From: a virus
Taxonomy: Duplodnaviria > Caudoviricetes
IMG/VR virus record: IMGVR_UViG_3300042923_001154
Span: 1 to 53,602 of that record
Direction: 5' to 3' (one strand)
Length of the DNA stretch: 53,602 nt
Positions 36,633 through 46,263 of the stretch are shown here, one piece after another. Below the pieces are notes generated by a model, which was given only the letters and a program-made list of their open reading frames with translations, was not told the DNA's origin and did no database searches. How positions within the stretch are numbered: the first letter of the stretch is position 1; the number at the start of each line of letters is the position of its first letter. The position numbers were made by a program, and so were the translations under genes.

Positions 36633-38297
36633 ATGAGTTTTAGTACTATATTGTTTACCGATAGAGGACGTGCATTACAATCAAAGGCTCTGGCTGGTTC
36701 CAATTTGAATTTTACTAAGATTGTTATGGGTTCCGGTAACTTAGGCGGTCAATCACAAATCACTTTATCAGCAGTGATTGAACCTAAAGTAAATTTAAGT
36801 ATTACCTCCTTACAGCATAAATCCAATTATGCAACTGTTAAGGGGGTATTTTCAAATTCAGATATCAGTGAAGGATTTTATTGGAGGGAGCTTGGAGTAT
36901 ATGCACAGGATCCTGATCTTGGTGAAATTCTTTACTGCTATGGCAATGCTGGGGCTTTGGCTGAATACATACCTTCACAGACATCGGAAATTATTGAGAA
37001 GGTTGTCAGCGTTTCATTGATAGTAGGAAATGTTACTTCTGTATCAGCTACTATAGATGAATCCCTTGTGTATGTCAGCAAGGAAGATTTAGTGGCTGTA
37101 GAGTCTGACTTAAGAGCCAAGGTTGCCGGAGGTAATGGTACAGCTATAACTGTTAATATGGACAGTGCTACAGCTTACATAGCTGGTATGGTTGTACGAA
37201 TTATAGCTACTGCTGACAATAACAGTGAAGCAACCACTCTTAAGATTAATGATCTTATCGCAAAGCCAGTGTACAAGGTTAATACTCAGGCTGCACCTAA
37301 GATTGTTACCGGAAAGCCATATACATTCATCCTAAGTGCTGATTTATCACATTTTTTCCTGGAAGCTAGTGCGAGCGGAACTGCAAGTGCTGAGCATGTA
37401 CTAGCACCTTATACAGTCAGCACTGATGAAGGTACGGATATAGTGGGAACAATGCAAAACAATGGTCCGGATATAGCTGAAACAATTAATCTAACTACGG
37501 AAGGCGCAGAGTACTTAATTCCAAAGGGTTATCAAAGCGGTCTTAGAAAAATAAAAGCGGTAATAACTGGACTAATTGCATCGGTAATAAAAGCTGGGGC
37601 TACTGTAGGTGGAATACTAGGGACGTTTACTGCTGATGCTACAGCTACAGCCTCTAAAATCCTTACTGGAGATAGTGCATACGTTAATGGTATAAAGATT
37701 AATGGCAGTATGAATAATTATAACGGTGTAGTTATGCCTAACGACTTAAAAGCTTATTCAATGACAAGGGCACCTATTAGAAGAGAGTCTACTCCAGTAA
37801 CTGATTGGTATTTTAAACTAAATGCAAGTGGTAAGATAGACCAACAAACGGAATGTAGCATTGGACTTACAAACCTAGTACCAGAGAATATTAAGAGCGG
37901 TATTACTATAGGGGATGGAGTAGGCACATTACTTGGTACTGCATCAAGTGGTAAGAAGTTTGCAACAGGCAATGTTACGTCCTCAGCTAATACTGTACAG
38001 TTTAAATACTATGATAATTCTGGTAATCCATCGTTATGCAGTGTTACAGTTTCGGGACTAACTTTCCTTCCATCTTTAATTGTTCTTAGGTGGCAGGGTG
38101 GAAATACAAACTATGTATCAATTTATACAGGTGACAACCAACGATGCAATGTTGGTGTCTTTGGTGGAAACACAGGAAATAGTATTGATTACGCTATAGC
38201 TGCTAATGGTTCTGTAGTTGCGTATGTAAATGCGACTGGTTTCTGCTTACCAGTACAGGGAGCAAATACAATATTTACATGGTGGGCCTATGAATAA
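36633..38297 (+). CDS. Tail fibre protein
   Basis: N-terminal T..G..L...GFYWRELGVYAQDPD collar region; ATATA..IL.G..AYVNG repeats; variable C-terminus. Confidence 0.88.
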   Translation: MSFSTILFTDRGRALQSKALAGSNLNFTKIVMGSGNLGGQSQITLSAVIEPKVNLSITSLQHKSNYATVKGVFSNSDISEGFYWRELGVYAQDPDLGEILYCYGNAGALAEYIPSQTSEIIEKVVSVSLIVGNVTSVSATIDESLVYVSKEDLVAVESDLRAKVAGGNGTAITVNMDSATAYIAGMVVRIIATADNNSEATTLKINDLIAKPVYKVNTQAAPKIVTGKPYTFILSADLSHFFLEASASGTASAEHVLAPYTVSTDEGTDIVGTMQNNGPDIAETINLTTEGAEYLIPKGYQSGLRKIKAVITGLIASVIKAGATVGGILGTFTADATATASKILTGDSAYVNGIKINGSMNNYNGVVMPNDLKAYSMTRAPIRRESTPVTDWYFKLNASGKIDQQTECSIGLTNLVPENIKSGITIGDGVGTLLGTASSGKKFATGNVTSSANTVQFKYYDNSGNPSLCSVTVSGLTFLPSLIVLRWQGGNTNYVSIYTGDNQRCNVGVFGGNTGNSIDYAIAANGSVVAYVNATGFCLPVQGANTIFTWWAYE

Positions 38298-38313
38298 ATA
38301 AAGGAGGGTATTA

Positions 38314-38562
38314 ATGAAAACATTAATTATTTATGATAACTCTGGCAGGATATGGTTGAATATGTCTGGCGATTATGCGTTACCGGATGGGATAAATTAT
38401 CTAGAAGTAGAAATACCTGAAGGGAAAATGGTTGTAAGTGTTGATATATCTGTCACACCAAATGTACCAATTTTTGTAGATTTACCAGTTCCTGCTGTCA
38501 AGACATTAGAGGAGCGAATAGTGCTTGTCGAAAATGTCTTAAATGAATTATTACTTTCATAA
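38314..38562 (+). CDS. Tail-fibre-associated small protein
   Basis: MKTLIIYD..G; follows the fibre gene. Confidence 0.65.
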   Translation: MKTLIIYDNSGRIWLNMSGDYALPDGINYLEVEIPEGKMVVSVDISVTPNVPIFVDLPVPAVKTLEERIVLVENVLNELLLS

Positions 38563-38580
38563 GGAATGGAGGTGAACATC

Positions 38581-38730
38581 ATGTATTCAGCAAAAGTAGT
38601 CTATTTAGTAAATCAGATTGTTATTGGCAAGCTTACATACTTAGAGGTAGTGACAGCTAAGCCAGAGCTTAAAGACCAGATCGATGCATACATTACTGAA
38701 AAGGAATTAAACATCGACAAAACAAAGTAG
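38581..38730 (+). CDS. 49-aa phage protein (XkdX-like position; not in ORF track)
   Basis: GGAGGTG RBS; MYSAKVVYLVNQIVIGKLTY... Confidence 0.65.
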   Translation: MYSAKVVYLVNQIVIGKLTYLEVVTAKPELKDQIDAYITEKELNIDKTK

Positions 38731-38755
38731 TACAAGTCATTCACCATACAGCAAG

Positions 38756-38801
38756 GAACCCCTTACATTGAGCTCAATTGAGTTCATAAGGGGTTCTTTT
38801 T
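38756..38801 (+). terminator. Intrinsic terminator between tail and lysis modules
   Basis: GAACCCCTTA...TAAGGGGTTC-TTTTT. Confidence 0.7.
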
Positions 38802-38834
38802 GTATGCATCTATCTGATCGGGGGAAAACAGCTT

Positions 38835-39119
38835 ATGAATAGCGAAGAAATTGCTGTTGAATTGAAAGGACACGAAAAAGAGATTGGTTCGCTGAAGCAC
38901 AGAGTGAAAGACTTGGAAGAAGCGACAAAATTAATTCAGGAACTGGTCATATCAGTGAAGGAATTAGCACTGAATATGAAGAATATGATTGAAGAACAGA
39001 AAAATCAAGGCGAGAGACTACTCGTATTAGAAACAAAACCGGCTAGAAGATGGGACTCTGTCGTTACAGCATTGATAAGTGCAGGTGTAGGAGCATATAT
39101 TGCAAACCTTCTGAAATAG
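38835..39119 (+). CDS. XhlA-like coiled-coil/TM lysis protein
   Basis: Coiled coil plus C-terminal TM; start of the lysis module. Confidence 0.65.
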   Translation: MNSEEIAVELKGHEKEIGSLKHRVKDLEEATKLIQELVISVKELALNMKNMIEEQKNQGERLLVLETKPARRWDSVVTALISAGVGAYIANLLK

Positions 39120-39128
39120 GGGATTCTT

Positions 39129-39344
39129 ATGATTAAGAAAAAAGGTCAATATTCAAAATTTATAGTAGCAGCCGTGATAATATTAAACATAATTTTCACG
39201 GCTTCTGTTCTTTATGTTTTTACAAAGACCGGAAGTGAGCCGTCATCATTAATTGCTGCATGGTTTACATTCACAACCGGGGAGTTATTTATGCTAACGA
39301 GCATCAAAAAAAATAAGGTTAAGAAAGAGAAGAAGGAGGAATAG
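39129..39344 (+). CDS. Small two-TM protein (holin-like)
   Basis: Two TM segments around GSEP; basic tail. Confidence 0.65.
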   Translation: MIKKKGQYSKFIVAAVIILNIIFTASVLYVFTKTGSEPSSLIAAWFTFTTGELFMLTSIKKNKVKKEKKEE

Positions 39345-39347
39345 GTT

Positions 39348-39665
39348 ATGAGTATTTTTAACGAGTTTTTTAATTTAATTCCGCTGATCGTCGCTGTTTT
39401 ATGTGCTATGGCTTTTATCGTATCAGTAATTGTTCAGGTAACTAAGGAAGTATGGGTAATACAGAAGGTACCCACAAAAACATGGACACTAATTGTATCC
39501 ATCGTAATATGTCCTATTGCTTATCTAGTTTACATTGCATATATCAATATGCAATTCACATGGTACTGCTTGATTGCAATTATTATTAGTGGGTTCCCTG
39601 TATCTTATATTGCTACATACGGATGGGATTCCTTTAATGACTTGTGGAAGAGGTTTAAGAGGTAG
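39348..39665 (+). CDS. Holin
   Basis: Three TM segments directly upstream of the endolysin. Confidence 0.75.
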   Translation: MSIFNEFFNLIPLIVAVLCAMAFIVSVIVQVTKEVWVIQKVPTKTWTLIVSIVICPIAYLVYIAYINMQFTWYCLIAIIISGFPVSYIATYGWDSFNDLWKRFKR

Positions 39666-39676
39666 GAGGTTACTTT

Positions 39677-40480
39677 ATGGACATAAGGATAGGACATGCT
39701 TCTATCGATGAAAATGGAACGATTGCTGGGGGTAAGGAAGGCGACCAAACTAAGAAAGAGATATGTACGAGAGCTTGGTATGATAAAGACTGGGATGTAT
39801 GTATCGAATGCTTAGATAATGAAATGGCTGCCAAGGCTGCTAGAATAATGGAACAGATTTGTAAGGATGATAATTATGGTTATGACCAGACACAGAGATG
39901 GACAGGTTATCATTCGATAAGGAAGCTGGGTAGAATAACCGGTGGTAAGGGTGAATTCGATTGTGCAACTGCTGTTATGTCTTCTTATATCTTAGCAGGC
40001 TTAAGATTAAAGAAAGGTATGATTGAGACACCGGAGAAATTCACCATTTATACCGGATCTTTAGAGAAGATACTTATTGATACTGGCATGTTCAGAGCGC
40101 ACATCGAAGATGCTTATGTTAAGACGAGTAAGTATGCTAAGCCAGGAACAATATACCTTAAAAAAGGATCTCATGTTGTCATGGCCTTAGAGGATGGAGT
40201 AGGTGAGAATCCTTACCCGGTGCCCAATACCACTATTTATTATGATGTTGTGAATAGTAAAATAGTTTGTAAGGGTGATACCGTGAAGTGGGTACAGTAC
40301 GAATTAATTAATGATGGTATAACTGTGGCAGAGGTAGACGGAGTAATAAAAAAACTCTCTATTGATGGTGAATGTGGAAAGATTACCGATGCTGCTATCA
40401 GAGTGTATCAGGATAAACATGGTTTACTTGTTGACGGTAAAGTAGGACCTAGTACACGTAAATCGTTTATTCAGCATTAA
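39677..40480 (+). CDS. Endolysin (Cys/His peptidase-like domain plus peptidoglycan-binding domain)
   Basis: GYDQ..R, FDCA, HVVM; C-terminal G..VKWVQ...IDG.CG..T..AI..YQ...GL.VDG.VG..T. Confidence 0.88.
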   Translation: MDIRIGHASIDENGTIAGGKEGDQTKKEICTRAWYDKDWDVCIECLDNEMAAKAARIMEQICKDDNYGYDQTQRWTGYHSIRKLGRITGGKGEFDCATAVMSSYILAGLRLKKGMIETPEKFTIYTGSLEKILIDTGMFRAHIEDAYVKTSKYAKPGTIYLKKGSHVVMALEDGVGENPYPVPNTTIYYDVVNSKIVCKGDTVKWVQYELINDGITVAEVDGVIKKLSIDGECGKITDAAIRVYQDKHGLLVDGKVGPSTRKSFIQH

Positions 40481-40586
40481 ACCATCATCAGTACTGTCTC
40501 ATTTAAGCATAATCACGCTAAAATTAATAATTTGATTATTTATTCTCTATTACGGAAATTTGTCTTAAATGGCAAAATACGAGGTT

Positions 40587-40616
40587 AAAAATCCCCCGGT
40601 TGTTATACCGGGGGAT
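40587..40616 (-). terminator. Intrinsic terminator (probably bidirectional)
   Basis: ATCCCCCGGT-N6-ACCGGGGGAT with an A tract on the left. Confidence 0.75.
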
Positions 40617-40620
40617 GTAT

Positions 40621-41337
40621 CTATTCAACTATCTTTGCACTTGTTATTTTTAAATACTGACCATCAGATACCGTGATATAAGTATTCCCTTCAAAGTTCT
40701 CATTAGCAACGATGCTTTCTAAATCATGTGAGGAGTCTGAATCTACCTCATAATACCCAAGACCTATAGTATCATCTGTGCACTCAAGTTTGTATTCACC
40801 TGCTGTTAAATGAACACCAACTTTAAACATTCCACTTCCGGTAGTATCTAAATATTCCACTTCTTCAATTGGTACTGCATAACTTCCCTGCATCTTAAAG
40901 TATTCACCATCGTTTAGAGTAATGATTGTATTATAATCGAAATTATCATTTGCAATTATACTATCTAACTCTCCTGAGCTATCAGATGATACTTCCATAT
41001 ATCCCATTAAGAAATCGTCACAGAACACCACATATTCTCCAGCTGGTATATCTGAACCAACTTTATATGTACCGGCATCATAGATGGTCATTTTAGGTCC
41101 TTCAGTTGGTGTCGGTGGAGCTACGGTTGGAGTGGATGTTGGTTCTTCGGCTTCTTGCTCACCAACTTCAGCTTTTTCAGTAGGAGTAGCTGGATTTTCA
41201 GAAGTCGGGGCTATTGTTGGATTAGTACTACTAGTTTCTTCGGTATCACCCCCAAGTAGATTACCTATAATACCCAAGACAAATAACACTGCAATTACGA
41301 TTAGAACGATTTTTAATTTACTTTTTTTCTTTGGCAT
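40621..41337 (-). CDS. Membrane-anchored surface protein with duplicated acidic domain (lysogenic conversion candidate)
   Basis: Basic N-terminus plus TM, P/T/E linker, two repeats G.YKVG....AGEY...SIIAN.NF. Confidence 0.8.
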   Translation of the reverse strand: MPKKKSKLKIVLIVIAVLFVLGIIGNLLGGDTEETSSTNPTIAPTSENPATPTEKAEVGEQEAEEPTSTPTVAPPTPTEGPKMTIYDAGTYKVGSDIPAGEYVVFCDDFLMGYMEVSSDSSGELDSIIANDNFDYNTIITLNDGEYFKMQGSYAVPIEEVEYLDTTGSGMFKVGVHLTAGEYKLECTDDTIGLGYYEVDSDSSHDLESIVANENFEGNTYITVSDGQYLKITSAKIVE

Positions 41338-41439
41338 TTCTTTTCCTCCCTGTAAATGTTTTGGTAATTCTCTGCTATATTATTACATAATTAAACAAAT
41401 ATGTAAATAATAAGATATTTTATTTGTTATAAATCAAAA

Positions 41440-41664
41440 TCATACATCAAGCAAATCTGATACATTACAACCCAAAGCAGAGGCTAAACGGAATACAACT
41501 ATTGCATGAGCATTATTTATATCTCTGCGAAGTTGCTCATAATTTCCTATGCTTTTAATTGGAACACCTGTTACCTCTGATAATTGTTGTTGACTTAATC
41601 CCTTTTTTATTCTCTCTTTCTTCAGTGTACTTATCTTTGTTTGCGTTTTTACAGTGTATGGCAC
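41440..41664 (-). CDS. XRE-family HTH protein
   Basis: GLSQQQLSEVTGVPIKSIGNYEQ. Confidence 0.85.
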   Translation of the reverse strand: MPYTVKTQTKISTLKKERIKKGLSQQQLSEVTGVPIKSIGNYEQLRRDINNAHAIVVFRLASALGCNVSDLLDV

Positions 41665-41734
41665 TATACGATTCTCCTTTCAAAAATCTATTAATATGAT
41701 ATAATATCTTTACTCATATCATTATGAATAACCA

Positions 41735-41775
41735 CCTAATAGAAACACTGATTAAGATTATTAACTTCGGAGTGG
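41735..41775. other. Right attachment junction (phage arm + AAGAT core + host rlmD arm)
   Basis: CCTAATAGAAACACTGATT-AAGAT-TATTAACTTCGG; rlmD-like coding resumes here. Confidence 0.85.
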
Positions 41776-41936
41776 ACAAGATTGTCTACATCTCCTGTAA
41801 GCCCACCTCTTTGGTCAGGGACTTAGAGGTGCTTCAAGCGAAGGGATATAAAGTAGAAAAGGTATGCGCCGTGGATATGTTCCCCGAGACGGTGCATGTT
41901 GAGACGGTTGTCTTGATGTCACGTAAAGATAAGTAA
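41754..41936 (+). pseudogene. rlmD: Displaced 3' end of rlmD
   Basis: KIINFGVDKIVYISCKPTSLVRDL...HVETVVLMSRKDK duplicates the C-terminus encoded at 298-475. Confidence 0.88.
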
Positions 41937-42053
41937 ATAAGCTCTAAAGGGCTTGAAAACAAAGGTTTCCATACTTTCGGTAAGAATTGCCGACGGATGG
42001 GAACCTTGTTTTTTATCCTTCGAGTATGACTTGGAACATAAAATGTAAGTTAG

Positions 42054-42133
42054 GGTTGAGACTACAGAACTGCTTTTTGCCTTGCGAGACAAGGGAACTG
42101 TTGTTTTTAGGATAGGTTGAGACTATAGAACTG
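42054..42133. repeat. Three ~30-bp-spaced repeats GGTTGAGACTAYAGAACTG
   Basis: Copies at 42054 and 42115 (18/19 identical); degenerate copy at ~42083. Confidence 0.7.
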
Positions 42134-42136
42134 TTG

Positions 42137-42430
42137 TCAACACATGACTCTTTCTTTAATAGTTTTCCTTCCGTTTAGCTGAAAGTCATCATGGGCTTTG
42201 ATATGCTCGATGGCTACCGAAAGGTTCCGAGCGTCTCTGTGCCTGTGATATTCGTCATGACTGTTGTGCTTATGATATATTTTGAAATGTCTAAAGGTAG
42301 GGTATTCCTCTAAATGGATACCCCAGTAGTGTTTTGTGTTTTTTGACTGCACATAGATTGTAAAACACCCCAACTGCAGTATATTAAAATACCGGGTGTC
42401 AATGGATTTTAATTCAGTTTTACTAATCAT
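42137..42430 (-). CDS. Hypothetical His-rich protein
   Basis: AGGAG RBS before 42430; YHKHN...YHRH...HD. Confidence 0.65.
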   Translation of the reverse strand: MISKTELKSIDTRYFNILQLGCFTIYVQSKNTKHYWGIHLEEYPTFRHFKIYHKHNSHDEYHRHRDARNLSVAIEHIKAHDDFQLNGRKTIKERVMC

Positions 42431-42782
42431 TTGTTCTCCTTGATTTTTATTATTATGGGGTGGAAGTATGCCCAGAAACAGGCTGCGGAAGGTCAAGAGA
42501 CCAATAAGGATATGGGTTAAGAATAACAGAAATCATTTTTACAGACAAGTGTCTTATTCACTAAATATTTTTGAATTTTTTATATAAAGTACTAGAATAG
42601 AAAAGAAATATAATAAGGCGATTGCAGTGATTTTATCGTATGTAGTAATGGCATAATCACGCAATTTTGGCTTTTTTAATTATATTATAGGTTTAATTGG
42701 AAAAATTATGTTTCTAGATCTTGTGGAAATTTACTAAAAAGCTTATAATTATAAATAATATGATGTGAGCGGGGTAAGATTC

Positions 42783-43682
42783 ATGGGTAGGGTAAAGAAG
42801 ATCAAGTGTCCAACATATACAGAATTAATAATACCAACTTTTGAAGCTTTAAAAGAACTTGGTGGTTCTGGAACGAACGATGAGATATGTACAACGGTTA
42901 TTAATAACTTAAAACTATCAGATGAAGCTGTAGATGAGGCCCATTTAGGTAGTAATAATCAAAGCGAGCTGCAGTATCAATTGGCATGGGCACGTACATA
43001 CATGAAAAATTTTGGAGTAATACTAAATAGTGCTAGAAGTGTATGGTCTATCTCATCTAAGTTTACTAGTGTTGATAAATTAAATGTAAAAGAAATAATT
43101 GCTTTCACAGCAAACAAAAGTTTGAATAAACATAAAAATAATAATGAAGATATTAATTTTAAACAGCCACAGTCACCAGAAGATAATAATCCGGAAAACA
43201 ATAATATTGAGTTCCCAGATGAAATCAAACCATGGAGAAAGCAGCTTGCTGAAGTATTACATAATATGAATCCTTTTGCATTTGAGAGATTAGCTCAAAG
43301 GCTCTTAAGAGAATGTGGTTTTACCCAAGTTGTGGTGACTAAAAAAACCAATGATGGTGGTATTGATGGAACTGGAAAGCTGAGAATTAATGGTATTTTT
43401 AGTTTTAATGTAGCCTTCCAATGTAAAAGATATAATAGTGCAGTGTCAGCAGGAGATATTAGAGATTTTAGAGGTTCATTAACTACAGATATTGAAAAAG
43501 GGGTATTTATAACCACTGGAACGTTCACAAAGTCTGCAAAAGAAGAAGCTTCAAATGCAGGAAAGCAACAAATAGATCTTATAGATGGGGAAGATTTCAT
43601 TAATAAAATAGCTGAATATGAAATAGGTGTTAAAGAAATAAAGGATTATGAAATAGATGAAGACTTTTTTAAAAATATATAA
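42783..43682 (+). CDS. mrr: Mrr-family restriction endonuclease
   Basis: Mrr_N (PTY...LKELGGS...LAWARTY); catalytic FERL...DGGIDG...QCKRY...GVFITT..F...A...LIDG. Confidence 0.92.
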   Translation: MGRVKKIKCPTYTELIIPTFEALKELGGSGTNDEICTTVINNLKLSDEAVDEAHLGSNNQSELQYQLAWARTYMKNFGVILNSARSVWSISSKFTSVDKLNVKEIIAFTANKSLNKHKNNNEDINFKQPQSPEDNNPENNNIEFPDEIKPWRKQLAEVLHNMNPFAFERLAQRLLRECGFTQVVVTKKTNDGGIDGTGKLRINGIFSFNVAFQCKRYNSAVSAGDIRDFRGSLTTDIEKGVFITTGTFTKSAKEEASNAGKQQIDLIDGEDFINKIAEYEIGVKEIKDYEIDEDFFKNI

Positions 43683-43884
43683 TAAATTAGAGCTGGAGTT
43701 TCTTCGGCTTATATTATTTGTAATTTTACTATAAAGACATAATATGACTGAAATCTTTTATTTATTGCTACTATAACATATTCTGATACAACAACTCAAA
43801 TACCATCATATTATCACTATGAATATATTTAACTTAGAAGTTGATTACATAAAACTATAATTGGGTAAGGAGCATTATGCAAGT

Positions 43885-44943
43885 ATGTTCGAAAATATAG
43901 AAGAGGCAAAAGTACAAATAAGGACACGAACGAGTAAAATTATCGGCGGTTATGTTACTGAAAATATGTTTTTACATGAATATAGAACCCTTTTTCCTGA
44001 TAGAGCATATTCAAAAGGCTGGTGGGGAGGAATTGAAAAATCAAAAGATAGGTTACTTACTTTTTTTGTTGTAAAGGATGAACTCAATGACCTTGACTAT
44101 AGAGTAATAGAGAGGCTGCAAAGGCATGGACATTATTGGAAACAATTAACTTGTGAGAATAATTGTTGGTTTGTTAAGGACTTTTCTTCATCTTTAAAAA
44201 TTGAAGAATATGTTCGAGCAAGGGGACTCGAACAAAATCATGACCCAAACATGATACATCCTCAAGTTACGGATGACCCTTGTCTTGATGAATGTATAGA
44301 AGAGTATGAGCGAGTTGAAATGTTACAGGAAATTGCATCAAGTATTTATATTGAGGATCATTTTTTAAATGTTTATTTTACTATATCTAATATTGACCTT
44401 ATTTGTGAGAATTCACAAGGTGTTCCTATCTATGTTGAGATTAAATTTAAGAATGAATTTTCTAAAGAATATTCAAATGGCAAAAGTAGACTTGTGTTTG
44501 GCATTGATGAATTTCAGTATGATAATCTATTTAAATCATTTATTAATTCTGGAATGCAAGTTCTTAATGCTGTGTTGTATAATGATGTGAAAGTCAAACA
44601 GAATACTTCCAGAACTATTATTTTTGAATTTTTAAGGAAAAAAAATAATCAAGGGTTGATTTGGAAGTCTACATTGATAAGCCTAAGTGCAGGATATGAA
44701 AAGCATTCTGTTGATTATGATCATACGAGTTGGAACGGAAAAGGTGGAAGAACAGTTTACTGTATTCCATTACAGAATTACTTGGAGTTTGGAACAAATT
44801 CTTTTGAAGAAGACTTAAAGCAATGTTATCCAGAAAGCACTTGGGGAATATGTGATAAATGCAGTGAGGCTAAAGTTATTAGAATTAATAGAAGTAATGG
44901 TAACGAATTTATGGGGTGTCTAGGATACAGTAAGCACCTATAA
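43885..44943 (+). CDS. PD-(D/E)XK-type nuclease with C-terminal topoisomerase-like Zn ribbon
   Basis: NIDL...YVEIKFK; CDKC...R.....EFMGC.GY. Start codon uncertain (43861-43885). Confidence 0.65.
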   Translation: MFENIEEAKVQIRTRTSKIIGGYVTENMFLHEYRTLFPDRAYSKGWWGGIEKSKDRLLTFFVVKDELNDLDYRVIERLQRHGHYWKQLTCENNCWFVKDFSSSLKIEEYVRARGLEQNHDPNMIHPQVTDDPCLDECIEEYERVEMLQEIASSIYIEDHFLNVYFTISNIDLICENSQGVPIYVEIKFKNEFSKEYSNGKSRLVFGIDEFQYDNLFKSFINSGMQVLNAVLYNDVKVKQNTSRTIIFEFLRKKNNQGLIWKSTLISLSAGYEKHSVDYDHTSWNGKGGRTVYCIPLQNYLEFGTNSFEEDLKQCYPESTWGICDKCSEAKVIRINRSNGNEFMGCLGYSKHL

Positions 44944-44963
44944 TCTGAATAGCAAGAATTAAC

Positions 44964-44994
44964 ATAATCGGAGGCACTTTGCCTCCGATTATTT
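44964..44994 (+). terminator. Intrinsic terminator
   Basis: ATAATCGGAGGCA-CTT-TGCCTCCGATTAT. Confidence 0.75.
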
Positions 44995-45123
44995 CGTAGT
45001 CCTTTTCCTCTGTTATAGAAAGGGATATTTTTGTTTTATCATGTTGCTTATTGGCTTTAATTATGGTATATTAATTTAGACCCTGATATAAACATTACAT
45101 AAATGGGTATAAAAGGAGAAACA

Positions 45124-45315
45124 ATGGAGAAACAATCAAATTGCGGAAGACCGCCAGGAAGAAAAAAAACTTCAAAAATAGAAGTTAGTATTGAACCCGA
45201 TGTGAAAGCAGAATTTATGGATTTGCTCTATAAAGATGGAAAAACAGCCTCTGTTGAGATTGGTCATTGGATAAGAAATTACATCAAGGAGTACAAGGAG
45301 GATACAAACCGATGA
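45124..45315 (+). CDS. Small ribbon-helix-helix-like regulator
   Basis: GRPP..., KIEVSIEPDVKAEF...S..I...IR.YI; overlaps the methyltransferase start. Confidence 0.65.
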   Translation: MEKQSNCGRPPGRKKTSKIEVSIEPDVKAEFMDLLYKDGKTASVEIGHWIRNYIKEYKEDTNR

Positions 45316-46262
45316 ACGTTGTATCGTTATTTTGCGGTATAGGGGGCCTAGACAAAGGATTTATTGATGCTGGTTATAATGTAATTTGGGCTAATGATTT
45401 TGATAGGTATGCCGTACAGACATATGAAGCTAATTATACGCATCAAGTTGTATTAGGAGATATCAATGAAATAGAACTCGAAGACATACCTGCTCATGAC
45501 ATTTTAATTGGTGGTTTTCCATGTCAGCCATTTAGTATGATGGGCGGGCAAAGAGGATTTGATGATGCTAGAGGTACATTATTTTTTAGAATTGCGGAAA
45601 TAATCAGATATCAGATTGAGCATGACAGGAAGCCAAGAGCTGTTATTTTAGAAAATGTTAGAGCATTAAGAACTCATGACAACGGGAATACATTAAGGAC
45701 TATTAAAAGGATTCTTCATGAGGACTTGGGGTACCAGGTATTTGATATTGTTCTAAATTCTGCAGAGCATGGTGTGCCACAAACAAGAAACCGTATGTAC
45801 CTCATTTGCTTTGCAAATGAAAATGTTACTGAATTTACAGCACCAGAAACGGTTGAATTAAATTATACATTGCAAGATTTATTGGAGCATGGAGTAGATG
45901 AAAAATATTTCCTATCAGAAAGAATACTACCAACTATTCTTTCAAATGGAACAGGTGGATATGTTGGGAAGTCGGAAATTGACTTGGAGATAGCGAGACC
46001 ATTGTGTGCAACTATGGCGAAAATGCATAGAGCATGCCAGGACAATTATGTAACACAAGAAGGAAGAGTTAGAAGGCTTACACCTAGAGAGTGTGCAAGG
46101 CTACAGGGATTTGACCAATATGACACATCAGACTTCATTATTCCAGTATCGGATAGTCAAGCCTACAAGCAGTTTGGTAATGCTGTAACTGTAAATGTAG
46201 CACGAGCAGTAGCACATAAAGTAAGAAGAAAACTTGAAGATATTGGAGAGTGGGTTGATTAA
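45312..46262 (+). CDS. DNA (cytosine-5) methyltransferase 1
   Basis: LFCGIGG, GGFPCQPFS, ENV, PQTRNR, RLQGF, QFGNAV. Confidence 0.95.
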   Translation: MNVVSLFCGIGGLDKGFIDAGYNVIWANDFDRYAVQTYEANYTHQVVLGDINEIELEDIPAHDILIGGFPCQPFSMMGGQRGFDDARGTLFFRIAEIIRYQIEHDRKPRAVILENVRALRTHDNGNTLRTIKRILHEDLGYQVFDIVLNSAEHGVPQTRNRMYLICFANENVTEFTAPETVELNYTLQDLLEHGVDEKYFLSERILPTILSNGTGGYVGKSEIDLEIARPLCATMAKMHRACQDNYVTQEGRVRRLTPRECARLQGFDQYDTSDFIIPVSDSQAYKQFGNAVTVNVARAVAHKVRRKLEDIGEWVD

Positions 46263-46263
46263 G

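Larger units (their letters stand above)
293..41758. mobile_element. Integrated temperate phage (lambda-like head, P2-like contractile tail), apparently complete
   Basis: Ordered integrase, immunity, replication, packaging, head, tail and lysis modules, bounded by split rlmD halves sharing AAGAT (293-297 and 41754-41758). Confidence 0.93.

Noticed and set aside
36633-38830. Diversity-generating retroelement or invertible tail-fibre cassette
   Set aside because: No reverse transcriptase, template repeat, adjacent invertase or inverted fibre fragments were seen.
41084-41410. 108-aa plus-strand ORF, and similar shadow ORFs (e.g. 534-728, 8829-9011, 11424-11828, 29048-29491, 50411-50807)
   Set aside because: They are antisense or out-of-frame overlaps of well-supported genes, without RBS or motifs.
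41724-41936. Independent 70-aa gene
   Set aside because: A chance ATG in the phage arm fused to the displaced rlmD tail; no RBS.
42054-42133. Mini CRISPR array
   Set aside because: Only three degenerate units with ~11-bp gaps, and no cas genes.
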